Shown: positions 40,205 through 53,040, numbered from the whole stretch's first letter. The stretch is 63,990 nucleotides of DNA, filler included, from Squatina squatina (GCA_031763465.1; 4 parts of 4 records of this genome joined end to end with filler, not necessarily neighbours in it), one strand, 5' to 3'. Notes: a model not told the origin generated them from the sequence alone. Translations and numbers: made by a program.

Positions 40205-40685
40205 GTGTCTCTCAACTTATGCACTCAACGCCACCTGAAACCATGTGATCTCCTGGGAGAGGCGAAAAACCAGATTTTTAAAAAGGCCAATTTGGGAAAA
40301 AAATTCTGAGAAATTTCTCTCCGACCCATCTAGGCGATTGAAACTGGTCCAGGAGATCACACTGGCCCTGAATTCCTTGCAGCACCGACCTTTTTGTAAA
40401 GAGGTGATCTCCGCCCCAACATGAAACGGGTCCAGCTCTTGCTGAAGGAATTCAGTGAATCGGCATTCACCACAAGAGCAGCAGCAGAGGTCCACTATTC
40501 AGTGGGAAATGAACCACCCCCTGATATCTAACCTTGATCTGGTCTTGTACAATTTAAAATTGTGATCCACCCTCCCCTACACCCCACTTCTCGATCCTCC
40601 CTAACCTACTTAATTTTAACAAACTGTCAACTGGAGCACAATCTATTCTCTTCATCATCTTTTAAACCTTGAGCAGATCACCCCA
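40205..40685 (-). mobile_element. CR1-like LINE 3' end (different subfamily)
   Basis: The - strand has GDLLKV...H.FKLYK-like codons, followed by a long 3' UTR. Boundaries approximate. Confidence 0.55.
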
Positions 40686-41469
40686 CATTAGATGATGGAA
40701 TGCTGTCAAACACAATTATTCTTTGGTTGTTTGGCTCTTGGACATATCATCTGTGACCTCTGGCCAGAATTGAGCAACATGGTTTGTGAATGATGGATTC
40801 TTGCGTGTTTTACTTGAGTACCTCATGGACTTGGAAATTACACTGATTTTTTGGGGGGAAATTTTCCCCTGTGGTAATTCATCAGAGATTTGAATGAGCA
40901 GAAAGATGCCAAAATAAACAAAGCTCCAGTTGGTGGAGGGAGTGGGTTAATTGATTATGCATTCTATATTGTTCAGGCACCGGAAAGGAACTGGTGCTGA
41001 ATATTTGTCTTTGCAACTCTTTGGATTAATTCCTTTGCTAATTCTTTTGTGACAAGCTGGCCTTGGCAAGCCTGATAAGTTCAACACTGAACTTATCTGT
41101 TTGTTTGCTTTCCCCAGCTGGTAACTTTGATTTAGTGGTAGCTACTTGTTCTCAATAGACAGCTTAGATTGTGTTTCTCTGGTTCTTTTCTTTTGAGAAT
41201 GTATGCATAAAAATGCGATTTCTGAACAAATGAATGTCCCACAGTATACTTCCAAACTAAGCATGGTCGACGTGGGAAGCCTCACGACAGCTTGGTTCTG
41301 TTTGGTCACTGTCTGAAACTTCATTCTCAAGTTCTGTCTATTTAATAAAACAAGCTGCAGAGATAACTTTTCTTTCTACTTCATTTTAGTAAGATAAAAA
41401 ACTATATGAAGAAGATTGAACTGGATATGACTCACCTATTCCATGCCAGAGTCTATTTTCTTCAATGTC

Positions 41470-41835
41470 GGAAGGAGGCCATTCGGTCCACACACATGTG
41501 CTGGCTCTTTTGAAATAACTATCCACTTTAATCCCATGCTCTTTCCTCATAGCCTTTCAAGTATATATCCGATCCCCTTTGAAAGTTAATTTGAGTCTGC
41601 TTCCACTACCCTTTTAGACAGTGCAACCAGATCTTAACAAATCTTTGTAATTTATTTTCCTCCTCTATCCTCTGGTTCTCCAGCCAATTACCGTAAGTCT
41701 GTGTCCACTGGTTATCGACTTTCCAGCCAGTAGAAATACTTTTCCTGAATTACTCTATCAAAGCCCCTCATAATTTTGAACACCTATTAAATCCCTTGAC
41801 CTTCTCTTCTCTAAGGAGAACAATCCCAGCTTCTC
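41470..41835 (-). mobile_element. CR1-like 3' fragment
   Basis: Reverse-complement similarity to 48010-48410. Confidence 0.75.
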
Positions 41836-43276
41836 TTGTCCTTCATCCTTCAGCTTTACTTTGTAACGTCACTTAACGTATGAAACAAGCCATGTAACCT
41901 CCTCAAAATGAGTACAAAGTTAAGATGTGTGCTGATCAGGTTCGGTTTTCTCAGGTTGTCCAAAGAGTGTGTACGTCTTTTACTGATAGTTTTTGCCAAT
42001 GTGTAACTATGACAAGGTAGAAATAACTCAATTGGACAACGCTTTCCCTCCCCCACAAAGTTAGAATGTAATTTTAATTGCTCTGTTGAAACATATGGCT
42101 AACTGAATAGGCTGGCTGAATAGAAATAACTTAATGTAATCAGTAATTTATGACCTGTCATTTGGGAATTAGTACCACTCATAAATATGAGCTGGCTTTA
42201 CAATATTTTCCATCTTGCTCAATGGTAATGCAAGATTCACTCATCAAAGCTAACTATGTCGAGAACTGTGCTGAGGAAAGTTCAGTCTCAAACTTAGTAA
42301 TTTATGGGGCAGCAGCGAGAGACTTTCAATTCATGAAGCAGTTTTACATCAACAATAAATCTCACGGTGCACTACGTGCAATTGGAGAACATTTCATTAA
42401 CGAGTGAGTGCGGTAGNNNNNNNNNNNNNNNNNNNNNNNNNNNNNNNNNNNNNNNNNNNNNNNNNNNNNNNNNNNNNNNNNNNNNNNNNNNNNNNNNNNN
42501 NNNNNNNNNNNNNNNNTGCCTCATAGATCCTTAACATTGCTCTTGTGTATCTTCTTTGTGAATATCTTTAATGGGTACTTTTTATTAATGCCTGTGTACA
42601 GTGTGGGCTGTTATTATGAACTCCTGTTGGAAAGGCTTGCCTACCACCAATGATAAAATTCATGTGTGTGTGCTGTTCACAATTTCCCCAATATTTAATG
42701 GACAGAAAATTGTGGGAAGCAATCTCCCAAATTACTGATGCCCAAAGCCACAGGGTGAAGCTCCCTGCAGACTTGTAAAATTACCATCTATGTTTTGTGC
42801 TTGCATTTTTAGGCACTTTTAATCCATAGTTTCTCCAAGACTTTCAGCCGAGTCCTTCAAATGATTGAGACCGTGTTCAATCTGTCTCTGACGCACTGGC
42901 ATGCTAAGAGTCATCTTTACATATTTGGAGGCTGTACCCCTACATTAGAAATGAGAATTGAAGACGTCATCTGCGCTTTCAGGGCCTTGTCATCAAATTG
43001 GGTTTTCTCTTTCACACAATATCCACTTTTATCAAGCATCATGATCTCCACATCTACATTAACTAACTTCTTGATATTTCTGTCAGTTAACCGGCTCGTT
43101 AACTGCTTGATGAGCAGCTTTGTTTTTCATTGCTGCTAATAAAATCACGTTCTCGGGAATTACATTTCAGACGTCANNNNNNNNNNNNNNNNNNNNNNNN
43201 NNNNNNNNNNNNNNNNNNNNNNNNNNNNNNNNNNNNNNNNNNNNNNNNNNNNNNNNNNNNNNNNNNNNNNNNNNNN

Positions 43277-43428
43277 GATGACCCTTCGTCAGAATTTCTG
43301 ACAAAGGGTCATTGACCCGAAACGTTAACCCTGTTTTTCTCACTACAGATGCTGCCTGACCTGCTGAATTTTTCCAGCAGTTATTTTGTTTCTATTCTCG
43401 ATTCCAGCATCCATAGTATTTTGCTTTT
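43277..43428 (+). mobile_element. Penelope-derived pseudo-LTR-like palindromic repeat with minimal hammerhead-like motif
   Basis: Palindrome ATGACCCTTCGTCAGAA-T-TTCTGACAAAGGGTCAT, then GACCCGAAACGTTAAC...ACAGATGCTGCCTGACCTGCTGA. A reverse copy of the tail lies at 22149-22201. Confidence 0.7.
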
Positions 43429-44007
43429 GTCCTAGTATCTCCTTGCATGGTTCGGTGTCAATATTTGTCTCATTGCACTTCAGTGAAGCCCCTTGGAATG
43501 AAAGGCGTTGCTGCATAAACTCAAGTTGTTGCAATGAGGATGTTGAAAGTCCTGTTTTGTTCAGTTAAGATTTTTTAATTAATGCAAAAGATTTGCAGAA
43601 TTTTGTGATTTAAGGTTGGAAGATGATTCCTTCTATATCTTGTGACGTGAGTACATTCTTCATTAGGCTCTCTCTGGCTGTGCTCGTTAAGTGCCATAAA
43701 AACAGACAGAAGGAAGGCCATAAATATTAATTAAAATAGCAGTATCCTTTCCCAAACAATAAACTTTTACTACTTGGTGCTGCAAATGTCCCCCTGTTGT
43801 TCCATTAACACCAAGGTAATCTGTACTAATAAAACTTAACTTCCAGTACTTTCCTTATGTTCTTCAGATTTAGCTTCATTCAGGTACAGTTAGCATTCCA
43901 TTATGTAACCAGGATATAAATGTGACAAAGTAAGTTATGTTGTGGAAAATAAAAAATAGAAGGACAGCTTTATTTTAATATATCTTGAAAAGTGATCAGG
44001 GGTTTTA

Positions 44008-44512
44008 CAATAACAACAACTTGTATTTATATAGCGCCTTTAACGCAGTAAAATGTCCCAAGGCACTTCACAGGAGTGTTATAAGACAAAAAAATTGACA
44101 CCGAGCTGCACAAGGAGAAATTAGGCAGTTGAGGTAGGTTGTGTGGGGCGTTTTAAAGGAGGAAAGAAGCAGAGAGGTTTAGCGAGGGAATTCAGGAGCT
44201 TGGGGCCAAGGCAACAAAAGGCACAGCCACCAATGATGCAGCGATTATAATCAGAGATACTCAAAAGGGCAGATATTTGGGGNNNNNNNNNNGGTCTGTG
44301 GGTCTGGCGGTGGTTCCCGCAACGGGGTGGGGGCGAGGACATGAATGGATTTGAATACAGGGATGAGAATTTTTAAATCGAGGCGTTGCTTAACCAGGAG
44401 CCAGTGTAGATCAGCGAGCACAGGGGTGATGGGTGAGCGGGACTTGGTGCAAGTTACGTCAAGGGCAGCTGAGTTTTGGATGACCTCAAGTTTACGTAGG
44501 GTAGAATGTAGG
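44008..44512 (-). mobile_element. L2-clade LINE 3' end
   Basis: Tail AACAACAACTTGTATTTATATAGCGCCTTTAACG...GTCCCAAGGCACTTCAC, with GGCAFCCLGPKLLNSL on the - strand. Short tail copies occur at ~37221-37283 (+), ~39876-39945 (-) and ~43482-43531 (+). Confidence 0.8.
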
Positions 44513-46941
44513 AGTGCGTTTAAAGTCTATTCCTTGCAAGCACTGTTGGCTGGAGAGATGAGGAAGTTAGTGATCGTAAGAGCACAGCAAAAAATTAATA
44601 AATCAAGTCAAATTTATGTAATAGAATTTCACAACATCTTTAGATGATGACGCAAGCTTTCTCATCTGTATCAACTGAAATGAAAATACAAATTAACTTT
44701 TTAATATAGACTTCTAGAATGAACCAGCTTTTTGAAATGTGCAATGACATCTGATATTCTGATGTAATATACAAATTTAATAGTTATTTCAGCCTGTCTT
44801 TTGTACGATGAATGGGCATGTCAAATGGGTTACATTTAGAAAGATTAAAACCACAATAGCTCATGAAATTGCTTTTACTAAAAATGCCAGTCTTTTTGCG
44901 GGTGTTTGATTTAAGATGTGTTAACCCTTTGAGGAAGGCATCAGTGTTTGAATCACATCCCACAATTAGATTGCTTTAACATTTCCATTTCATTTCTTCA
45001 TGGTGTTGTNNNNNNNNNNNNNNNNNNNNNNNNNNNNNNNNNNNNNNNNNNNNNNNNNNNNNNNNNNNNNNNNNNNNNNNNNNNNNNNNNNNNNNNNNNN
45101 NNNNNNNNNAATTGAGTTCTTTTTTACAACTGCTCCACACCGTGACTACCCTTTGTGCCAGCTTACTTACTTAACTCTATTTCCTATTCTTCTACTCCTA
45201 TAAAATGCTCCTTTGGTGGCATGAGATTAAATGGTGGGTGGCTGAGCTTGTTCCACAGAAGCCTCCAAGGCCCAACGTGACTCTAGTCTCAGGCTGTTCT
45301 TCCAGAAAAACCAGCTTGATGCTTGCAGTAGCCCAGAGTACCTGACCAGTGTCTGATGCTTCTGCATTGGAGGGGATTTTAAGGAGGTGGGTTCACTGCC
45401 ACGCTGCAGAGAGGCAGCAACATCTGCACTCACTCCTTCCAACCCTCTGATGCTGGATGCAGGCCCAGAGATGCTACTGATGAGTATTATCATAGACCTA
45501 ATATTCCCTATGAGGTTTTGGAAGCCCTATGAATGTTGAATCCCTCTTGAACCATTGGTAGCTGCAAATCCGGAAGTCACTAGTGTCCTTAGAAGTCTGC
45601 CTGGCATCTCAATGCTACAGGAATTTCCCAGCTGTCACAGTCTCGAGAGAGTTCTGCAGATCATGGGAAACATTCCATAATATGTTGCAGGTTCGGGTAG
45701 TGGACTGAGCCCACTTACCTATCATCTGAACCCTGGGCTTGGAAACCAATTTCACTGCTTGCACATGAAATTGATACTCCCAAATCATATTGTTCCTTTT
45801 AAAGACTGGGCTCCTGAGATCTGGGTCTCTGGACCTCTTAGCCAAGGATGTAATTTTTCCACCTTTCCACTCATCTGGTGCTCAACAGTCTGTCTAATTC
45901 CTAGTGATTGGGTCTCACTGTGCTGGTGCTTGCATAGCAAAGATGCCAGGATAGATCTAGGGGTAATGTGGCAGCATCTGTTAATCTGGAAGTACCCGGG
46001 AGGTCACCAGAGTGCTTGGCCTCTTCCTCCAAGGTTCCCCCTACGATGTGGAAGCCAGACAGTTTGATTACCTGTGCACATGGTGACATTTGTTCTTGAA
46101 CAGATAGCAGATGGGTGTAAGGTTACTGCAATACTTTAAGATAGCACAGGCAGCTGAAACTGGCTTAAACCCATATTAAAATTTATGCAGTATTTTCCTG
46201 TTGCACACGATGAGCCTTGCTTGGCCTTAATTAACCTTCTCTTGCCATCTCACCTTTAACCACATCCTCCCCTCCAGCTCTCTATCCACATGCCTGTGTA
46301 TTGTGCAGCTACAGCCCAACGTTGCATCATCTATCTGAGACCGACTGATATGACACTACTGTTGGTAAAGGTAAAACGTTATAAGTTGGAGTTCTCCAAG
46401 GCTAAATTACACATGGTTTTGAATTCTTGAAAGAGGATTGTGCTTAATAGGACAAAGCATCCCATTTAATAGAAAATTAAGCAACCCCAGTTTTGAGTCT
46501 GAAGCCAAAAATGTCAAGCAATTAATACTGATGTCAAAATGAATTATCGAAATAATTGCATAGTTTTATTAAGACTTTGTTACGTGATTATACTGGAGAT
46601 TAATGTTTTTCAAGTATGAATTTATTGGGACTAATTTTTGCAGTCCAGTGATTTTAAATTATTGATATTCCACTGGGTAATGCAAATTAAAACCTTCAAA
46701 CAAGGAAACCTTTTAATATAATTAAAGTTACAATGATTTATTTGATCAAAGATCAGCAAATTACTATACTGGCACCTGCAAGAAGACCTCTCCTATTCTT
46801 CTCACAGTTTGAAGTCCTGTCATCTCGTGTTTGATATAGTATTACTTCTGGAACAGCAGTCACCCTTCCGCACCAGGTAGCATACAGAGGACAATGGAAA
46901 AACACTGGCTTAAACCAATATTAACATCTCAGCAATATTTT

Positions 46942-47116
46942 GAATGAGAGCGGACCTCATAAGAATGAGAGGGGACCTCATTGAAACTTATAAAATTCTG
47001 ACGGGACTGGACAGAATAGATGCAGGAAGGATGTTTCCAATGGTGGGGAAGTCCAGAACCAGGGGTCACAACCTAAGGATACGGGGTAAGCCATTTAGGA
47101 CTGAGATGAGGAGAAA
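46942..47116 (+). mobile_element. CR1 ORF2 fragment
   Basis: MRGDLIETYKILTGLDRIDAGRMFPMVGKSRTRGHNLRIRGKPFRTEMRR. Confidence 0.93.
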
Positions 47117-47216
47117 NNNNNNNNNNNNNNNNNNNNNNNNNNNNNNNNNNNNNNNNNNNNTTAATTAATTAANNNNNNNNNNNNNNNNNNNNNNNNNNNN
47201 NNNNNNNNNNNNNNNN
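47117..47216. other. Artificial scaffold linker
   Basis: 44 N + TTAATTAATTAA (47161-47172) + 44 N. Confidence 0.93.
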
Positions 47217-47904
47217 CTCAGTAGGAGGCCAAAGGTCGCATCTGTCTCCCTCTTACAATAAAGCAGAATGGGGAAGAAAGGAGGGAATCTGTAGGCCATG
47301 AATTGAACAGTTGCTGTTCTTGCTACAAAAATATTTCCTGCCACCCGATGTTGTTTGATTTTTTAATCGTCTATCAAATGAATGCATCTGCGTTCTCTGT
47401 AACACTAATCTTTCCCCACTAGTTACTCCTGAAAGTGGTTAAATGTGTAGTGATCATGCCAGCTTTTAGTGGGTCTTGCATACTCAGCACAAAATTAATA
47501 ATTTCATAAATAATTTGTTATGGAACTTTGAATAACTTAATTATAATTCCTTAAAATCTTAAGCAGTTGAGTCCAGATTTGCTAGGGGGTGATGTTCTGG
47601 TGACTCTATCATCAAGATGAAAGAAATTGCTGTACTATTTGCGCATAAGTAATTGCTTCAGCCTTCTTTGGACAGAAAAATCTGGCCCATTAGTTCCAGA
47701 AGTCCCTGAACCAGGGTTTTGTGCTTTTAGCCCTGTGTTCAGAACGTCCAAAGATGCAAGTTCAGCAATTCCGGGATTCTATACACCGCTGTTCCGGTTA
47801 CCGTCATGCAGGAGTTATGATATAACGGGCTAAAAATTCGAGAGCACTGGATTTGTACGTGTTGCAACAAATAGAATATTACCCCAGCTGGATTATATTG
47901 GCTA

Positions 47905-48432
47905 ATTCTTGGCACCACACTTTAGGAAGGATGTTGAGGCCTTAGAGAGGTTGCGCAGGAGATTTATTAGAATAGTACCAGGGATGAAAGACTTCAGTTA
48001 CGTGGAGAGACTAGAGAAACTGGGGTTGTTCTCCTTAGAGTAGAGAAGGCTAATAGGAAATTTGCTAGAGGTCTTCAAAATCTTGAAGGATTTTAATGGA
48101 GTAAATAAAGAGAAACTGTTTCTAGTGGCAGGAGGATCAGTAACCAGACAACACAGATTTAAAGTGACTGGCAAAAGAACCAGAGATGACAAAAGGAATT
48201 TTTTTTGCGCAGCGAGTTATGATGATCTGGAACATACTGCCTGGGAGGGTAATGGAAGCAGATTGATTAATAACTTTCAAAAGAGAACTGGACAAATACT
48301 TGAAAGGCAAAATTTGCTGGGCTATGGGTAAGAGCAAGGGACTGGGACTAATTGAATGGCATTACAAAGAGCTGGCACAGGCTGATAGGCCGAAGGGCCT
48401 CCTTCTGTGCTGTATCATTCTATAATTCTATG
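47905..48432 (+). mobile_element. CR1-clade LINE 3' end
   Basis: APHFRKDVEALERLRRRFIRIVPGMKDFSYVERLEKLGLFSLE, ending in ATTCTATAATTCTATG. Confidence 0.93.
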
Positions 48433-48857
48433 AAAATATGGGCACTGAATTGCCAATTAAAACTTCCAATTAGCCCCCAACATAAAGCTAAAAATAATCC
48501 AGCCACTTAGAAACAGTAAAAGTCACACAGTGACTCTGTAACTATGTAACTATCTGCAGATTTTCTTGAATTTTGCAAGAAATATCAACGTCATCTTTTT
48601 TAGTCATTCACAAGAATGTATTAAAACACCTACTAGGTCTGCCTTCATGCTTATGCTATGGGTTTCGCATACTAGCTTTTGTTATTGATCTTTTTCAATT
48701 AGTTTTTCACCGCTGTCATTTTTGCTCTCCTTTTCCGAGTGAGATTTTACTTACTGTAGAAAAATGATCAAGAGCTTAATGGAAAAAAAACAGGGGGAAA
48801 ACTGCATAGTGTGCAGGAGAAACTGATCACAATCTGAGAGCTTTGAAACAATCTTAC

Positions 48858-48983
48858 CTTGAATTGAGTAACTGTTTCAAGCTTTTCAAGGTCTGAAACC
48901 AGTCTTACACCATCTTCTAACGTTTTCAAGAATTCCACTTGGAACTGAACCATTTCCCTCAAGTTTCCAAAAAGTACATCAAG
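48858..48983 (-). CDS. TIAM1: TIAM1-like Rac GEF exon (DH domain)
   Basis: AG/GTAAG boundaries on the - strand, 126 nt. Encodes LDVLFGNLREMVQFQVEFLKTLEDGVRLVSDLEKLETVTQFK. Confidence 0.95.
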
Positions 48984-50354
48984 CTGAAATATGAACAGCA
49001 AACCAACAGCTTTATTCACAAAATAATAATAAATGAGCAGATGTCTTACAGCTATGTCTGCTTGAAAANNNNNNNNNNNNNNNNNNNNNNNNNNNNNNNN
49101 NNNNNNNNNNNNNNNNNNNNNNNNNNNNNNNNNNNNNNNNNNNNNNNNNNNNNNNNNNNNNNNNNNNNNNNNNNNNNNNNNNNNNNNNNNNNNNNNNNNN
49201 NNNNNNNNNNNNNNNNNNNNNNNNNNNNNNNNNNNNNNNNNNNNNNNNNNNNNNNNNNNNNNNNNNNNNNNNNNNNNNNNNNNNNNNNNNNNNNNNNNNN
49301 NNNNNNNNNNNNNNNNNNNNNNNNNNNNNNNNNNNNNNNNNNNNNNNNNNNNNNNNNNNNNNNNNNNNNNNNNNNNNNNNNNNNNNNNNNNNNNNNNNNN
49401 NNNNNNNNNNNNNNNNNNNNNNNNNNNNNNNNNNNNNNNNNNNNNNNNNNNNNNNNNNNNNNNNNNNNNNNNNNNNNNNNNNNNNNNNNNNNNNNNNNNN
49501 NNNNNNNNNNNNNNNNNNNNNNNNNNNNNNNNNNNNNNNNNNNNNNNNNNNNNNNNNNNNNNNNNNNNNNNNNNNNNNNNNNNNNNNNNNNNNNNNNNNN
49601 NNNNNNNNNNNNNNNNNNNNNNNNNNNNNNNNNNNNNNNNNNNNNNNNNNNNNNNNNNNNNNNNNNNNNNNNNNNNNNNNNNNNNNNNNNNNNNNNNNNN
49701 NNNNNNNNNNNNNNNNNNNNNNNNNNNNNNNNNNNNNNNNNNNNNNNNNNNNNNNNNNNNNNNNNNNNNNNNNNNNNNNNNNNNNNNNNNNNNNNNNNNN
49801 NNNNNNNNNNNNNNNNNNNNNNNNNNNNNNNNNNNNNNNNNNNNNNNNNNNNNNNNNNNNNNNNNNNNNNNNNNNNNNNNNNNNNNNNNNNNNNNNNNNN
49901 NNNNNNNNNNNNNNNNNNNTGACACTTGATAGCACCTCCTTACATCGGCTGCACAATTGGTTTGCTGAAAAAACCGAAGTGCCATTCGTGCAGATAGCGC
50001 TGGTTTTTTGCACCAATTTTTAATCTGCCCTCAAAATAATTTCTAACAGGCCAAATCTACAGCTTGAAATAATGGTGCAAAACGGGCGCTAAATTTACAC
50101 TTATTGGTCCCATATAGCCACAAACTTAAAAATACCAACTGGGCGCCCCTAATGTTTAAAGGAGCATACTCTGTTGGGGATGGAGTGATAAAATAGGCAA
50201 CAAATTTAAACAGAAGCCAAAAATCTATTGCATACACAATATTTAGAATATTTCTATTTCAAGAAGGGTAATAAGCCAAATATCATGAAATTCACATTAC
50301 TGATTTTCCAAAAAAAAAATAGATTTCAGTCACTGCCGTCTCCTGTGTTCTCAC

Positions 50355-50531
50355 CTTCACATATGTCTGTTCTGTTTCCACTAGTTCACAAATGACCTTG
50401 CGTAGTTTATCAGCATCAGTCAGTTGTCGAGATGGTACTTGGTGGGGTAAAGAATCCAAAGGCTGTGATGACATTTCGGGTGGACTTAATTCATGCAGAC
50501 CCCGACAAAATGCTGTTACCTGTTCTGTGCT
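50355..50531 (-). CDS. TIAM1: TIAM1-like exon (start of DH domain)
   Basis: 177 nt, AG/GTGAGA. Encodes STEQVTAFCRGLHELSPPEMSSQPLDSLPHQVPSRQLTDADKLRKVICELVETEQTYVK. Confidence 0.95.
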
Positions 50532-51574
50532 CTACAAAAGAAATAAGTAAGGAAAGTTTATTTTTTAAATATCCTTTGTTCCCCCAAAAAAATCATATTT
50601 AAACTTCTAGTGAATTAGATGCTGTGACACACAGTACAGCACATTATCATAAACCATCTTATACAATTACCAGTATATGGTAATGTTCAGGGATTGTATC
50701 TTCCATCATGCCTGAAGTTACATATTAATATGAAAGCTCCTCCATACTAACCCATCAAATGTTTATAAAATCTGCAAGACAAGCATGGGAAAGAAGATAC
50801 TTTCTCTGAATTATTAAACAGGATTACCCAATGCAATATTCCAAATGCTCATTAGATATATAAGCAGTTTGAATCCTTGCAGGTACCTTGTGTTACCTTT
50901 GAACCACAACAAAGTATGTCTTTAAAAAGGTAAAAATCATAAAGGAGAACACTTGTACTCTAAAATACTACACATAGTTTCAAAANNNNNNNNNNNNNNN
51001 NNNNNNNNNNNNNNNNNNNNNNNNNNNNNNNNNNNNNNNNNNNNNNNNNNNNNNNNNNNNNNNNNNNNNNNNNNNNNNNNNNNNNATTTTTAAAAATTCA
51101 TTATATATTAAACTAAAAATCATATCACTATATCACACAAAGTTCTCCTTTACTGGTAAATAAACAAACATCAAAATTCATAAATGTACAATGGAGAGCT
51201 AGGAGTTATGGGAGTTGGAACATAAATAACACAAAAATGGAAAATGAAAAAAACAGGAAAGAGAAAAGCAATGAGCAAAAAATTGAATTACAAGCACAAC
51301 CCGTCATGGGGAAAAAAAACAACTTAAAATGGTTAAAACAGTCGAGGAGCTGAGAGGTTTTGCATTCTGCTGAATGGCCTCTTAATGTAAATGGACTTCA
51401 CAAAATTACATTGCATCATTGTCACCTACAGGTACTGTAACCTAGCAACATTTCTCCCCAGCAGCACTTTAGCCAGATGCAAGCTTCTAGTGCAGAAAAT
51501 AACATTTTTTACTTAAATTTCCCGCAACATCGAACAATTTTCTGGTAGAGTTGGTAATGTTAGTCTTCACAATT

Positions 51575-51926
51575 TTTTATTCATTCTTGGGGTGTAGACA
51601 TTGCTGACAACCTGGATGCCAGAGGTTTAATATAAGTGGCATGGTAGGCTACTTCAGAGGGCAGTTAAGAGTCAACCATGTTGGTGTGGAACTGGAGTCA
51701 CATATAGGCCAGACCAGTTAAGCACAGTAGATTTCCTTCCCTAAAGGACAGTAGTGAACCAGTTGGGATTTTACAACAATTCATAGCTTCATGGTCACTT
51801 TTACTGATACTAGCTTTTTATTTCCAGATTTTGTTTTAAATTCAAATTTTCAAAATTGCCATGGTGGGAACTGAACTCACATTTTCTGGATTCCTAGTCC
51901 AGTAAATTAACCACTACACTACCATA
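51575..51926 (-). mobile_element. tRNA-derived SINE (second family)
   Basis: The - strand head has A box GGTAGTGTAGTGG and B-box-like GAGTTCAGTTCCC. Body TTCAGAGGGCAGTTAAGAGTCAA...GGAGTCACATATAGGCCAGACC is shared with 63160-63455. Confidence 0.8.
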
Positions 51927-52655
51927 TCCCAATGATAAGAGATGCACAACAGAGCTGTGAGAATTGCCTTTTAGTTTTTCCCTCACTTCATATCCTTGCA
52001 TTAATCAGCCTGACTGAGATGGGAGATTCAACGCAAGGAGAATGACAGATAGAAAACTACATTCTACCCATCTCTGCATACTGTTGCTCTGCATTGTCGT
52101 GTCATCTCTTCGAACATATAGTTCTCAAAATATGGTTAATTTTAAAATCCGCACATTATTTTAATATATTTTGTTTATATTTTAATAGTACACATAAATC
52201 TCTGCCAAATATCAAAATCATTTGCGTATCCAGATTGTTCAAAGATATTACGTAAATCAAATTGCTAATATATGCACAATTGTTCCATAATCAACCATTC
52301 TATAGCAAACGACAATAATGTCAAAGTTCAGTTGTATTTACACAAAACAATAAAGGTAACAGAAGCCTTCTTTGTAAAATAGACTGCTCAGCTTTTTGTA
52401 GCAGTTAGCATAACCGTTACAACCAAATATCAAAAAAGGAACTCAAAAGATTTTAGGATGTGTCTGTTAATTTGTTATTTATACTGCATAATGACTAGAA
52501 TTTGAAATGCTATGGTGAACTGAAGCTGCTGCAGTCAGAATGCTATTATAGTAAATACGATTTTACAAACACTCAAAAATAGATACAGACAACATTTTCT
52601 AACATATAGCATGATTATTCGATCATACCTAGATAAACAGTAATCAGATTCTCAC

Positions 52656-52742
52656 CAAGTAAAGCATCTCGTAAATCGAGTCACAGGATCCTTTGATGTC
52701 CTGGTCTTTGGCCTTGTGTTTTACTCTCCAGAAGACTGACAT
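52656..52742 (-). CDS. TIAM1: Candidate alternative first coding exon of a short TIAM1-like isoform
   Basis: ACAATG start (A at -3), 29 open codons MSVFWRVKHKAKDQDIKGSCDSIYEMLYL, and TTG|GTGAGA donor in phase 0, compatible with the STEQV exon. Confidence 0.55.
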
Positions 52743-52937
52743 TGTGGAAAGAAACCCTTTACCTAGTGAATCAATCTGTTTTGTTACAATTTATAGAACA
52801 CTCATCTAGATTGTTCTACCTCCTTGTGTAATTCCCTNNNNNNNNNNNNNNNNNNNNNNNNNNNNNNNNNNNNNNNNNNNNNNNNNNNNNNNNNNNNNNN
52901 NNNNNNNNNNNNNNNNNNNNNNNNNNNNNNNNNNNNN

Positions 52938-53040
52938 TTCGATAAGGTCCCACGCAAGAGGTTAGTATGAAAAATTAGACCACATGGGATATGCTGGCAT
53001 GGATTGAGAATTGGTTAACAAACAGGAAAGAGAGAGTAGT
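52938..53040 (+). mobile_element. CR1 RT fragment (+), arm of an inverted pair
   Basis: FDKVPRKRLV...LAWIENWLTNRKERV. Confidence 0.88.

Noticed and set aside
46942-46981. 21-nt tandem duplication at the 5' end of a CR1 fragment
   Set aside because: Real but minor, consistent with re-priming at a 5'-truncated LINE junction.
48768-50016. Long ORFs of 327-405 aa
   Set aside because: They are almost entirely the 851-N gap. Only 48858-48983 is coding.
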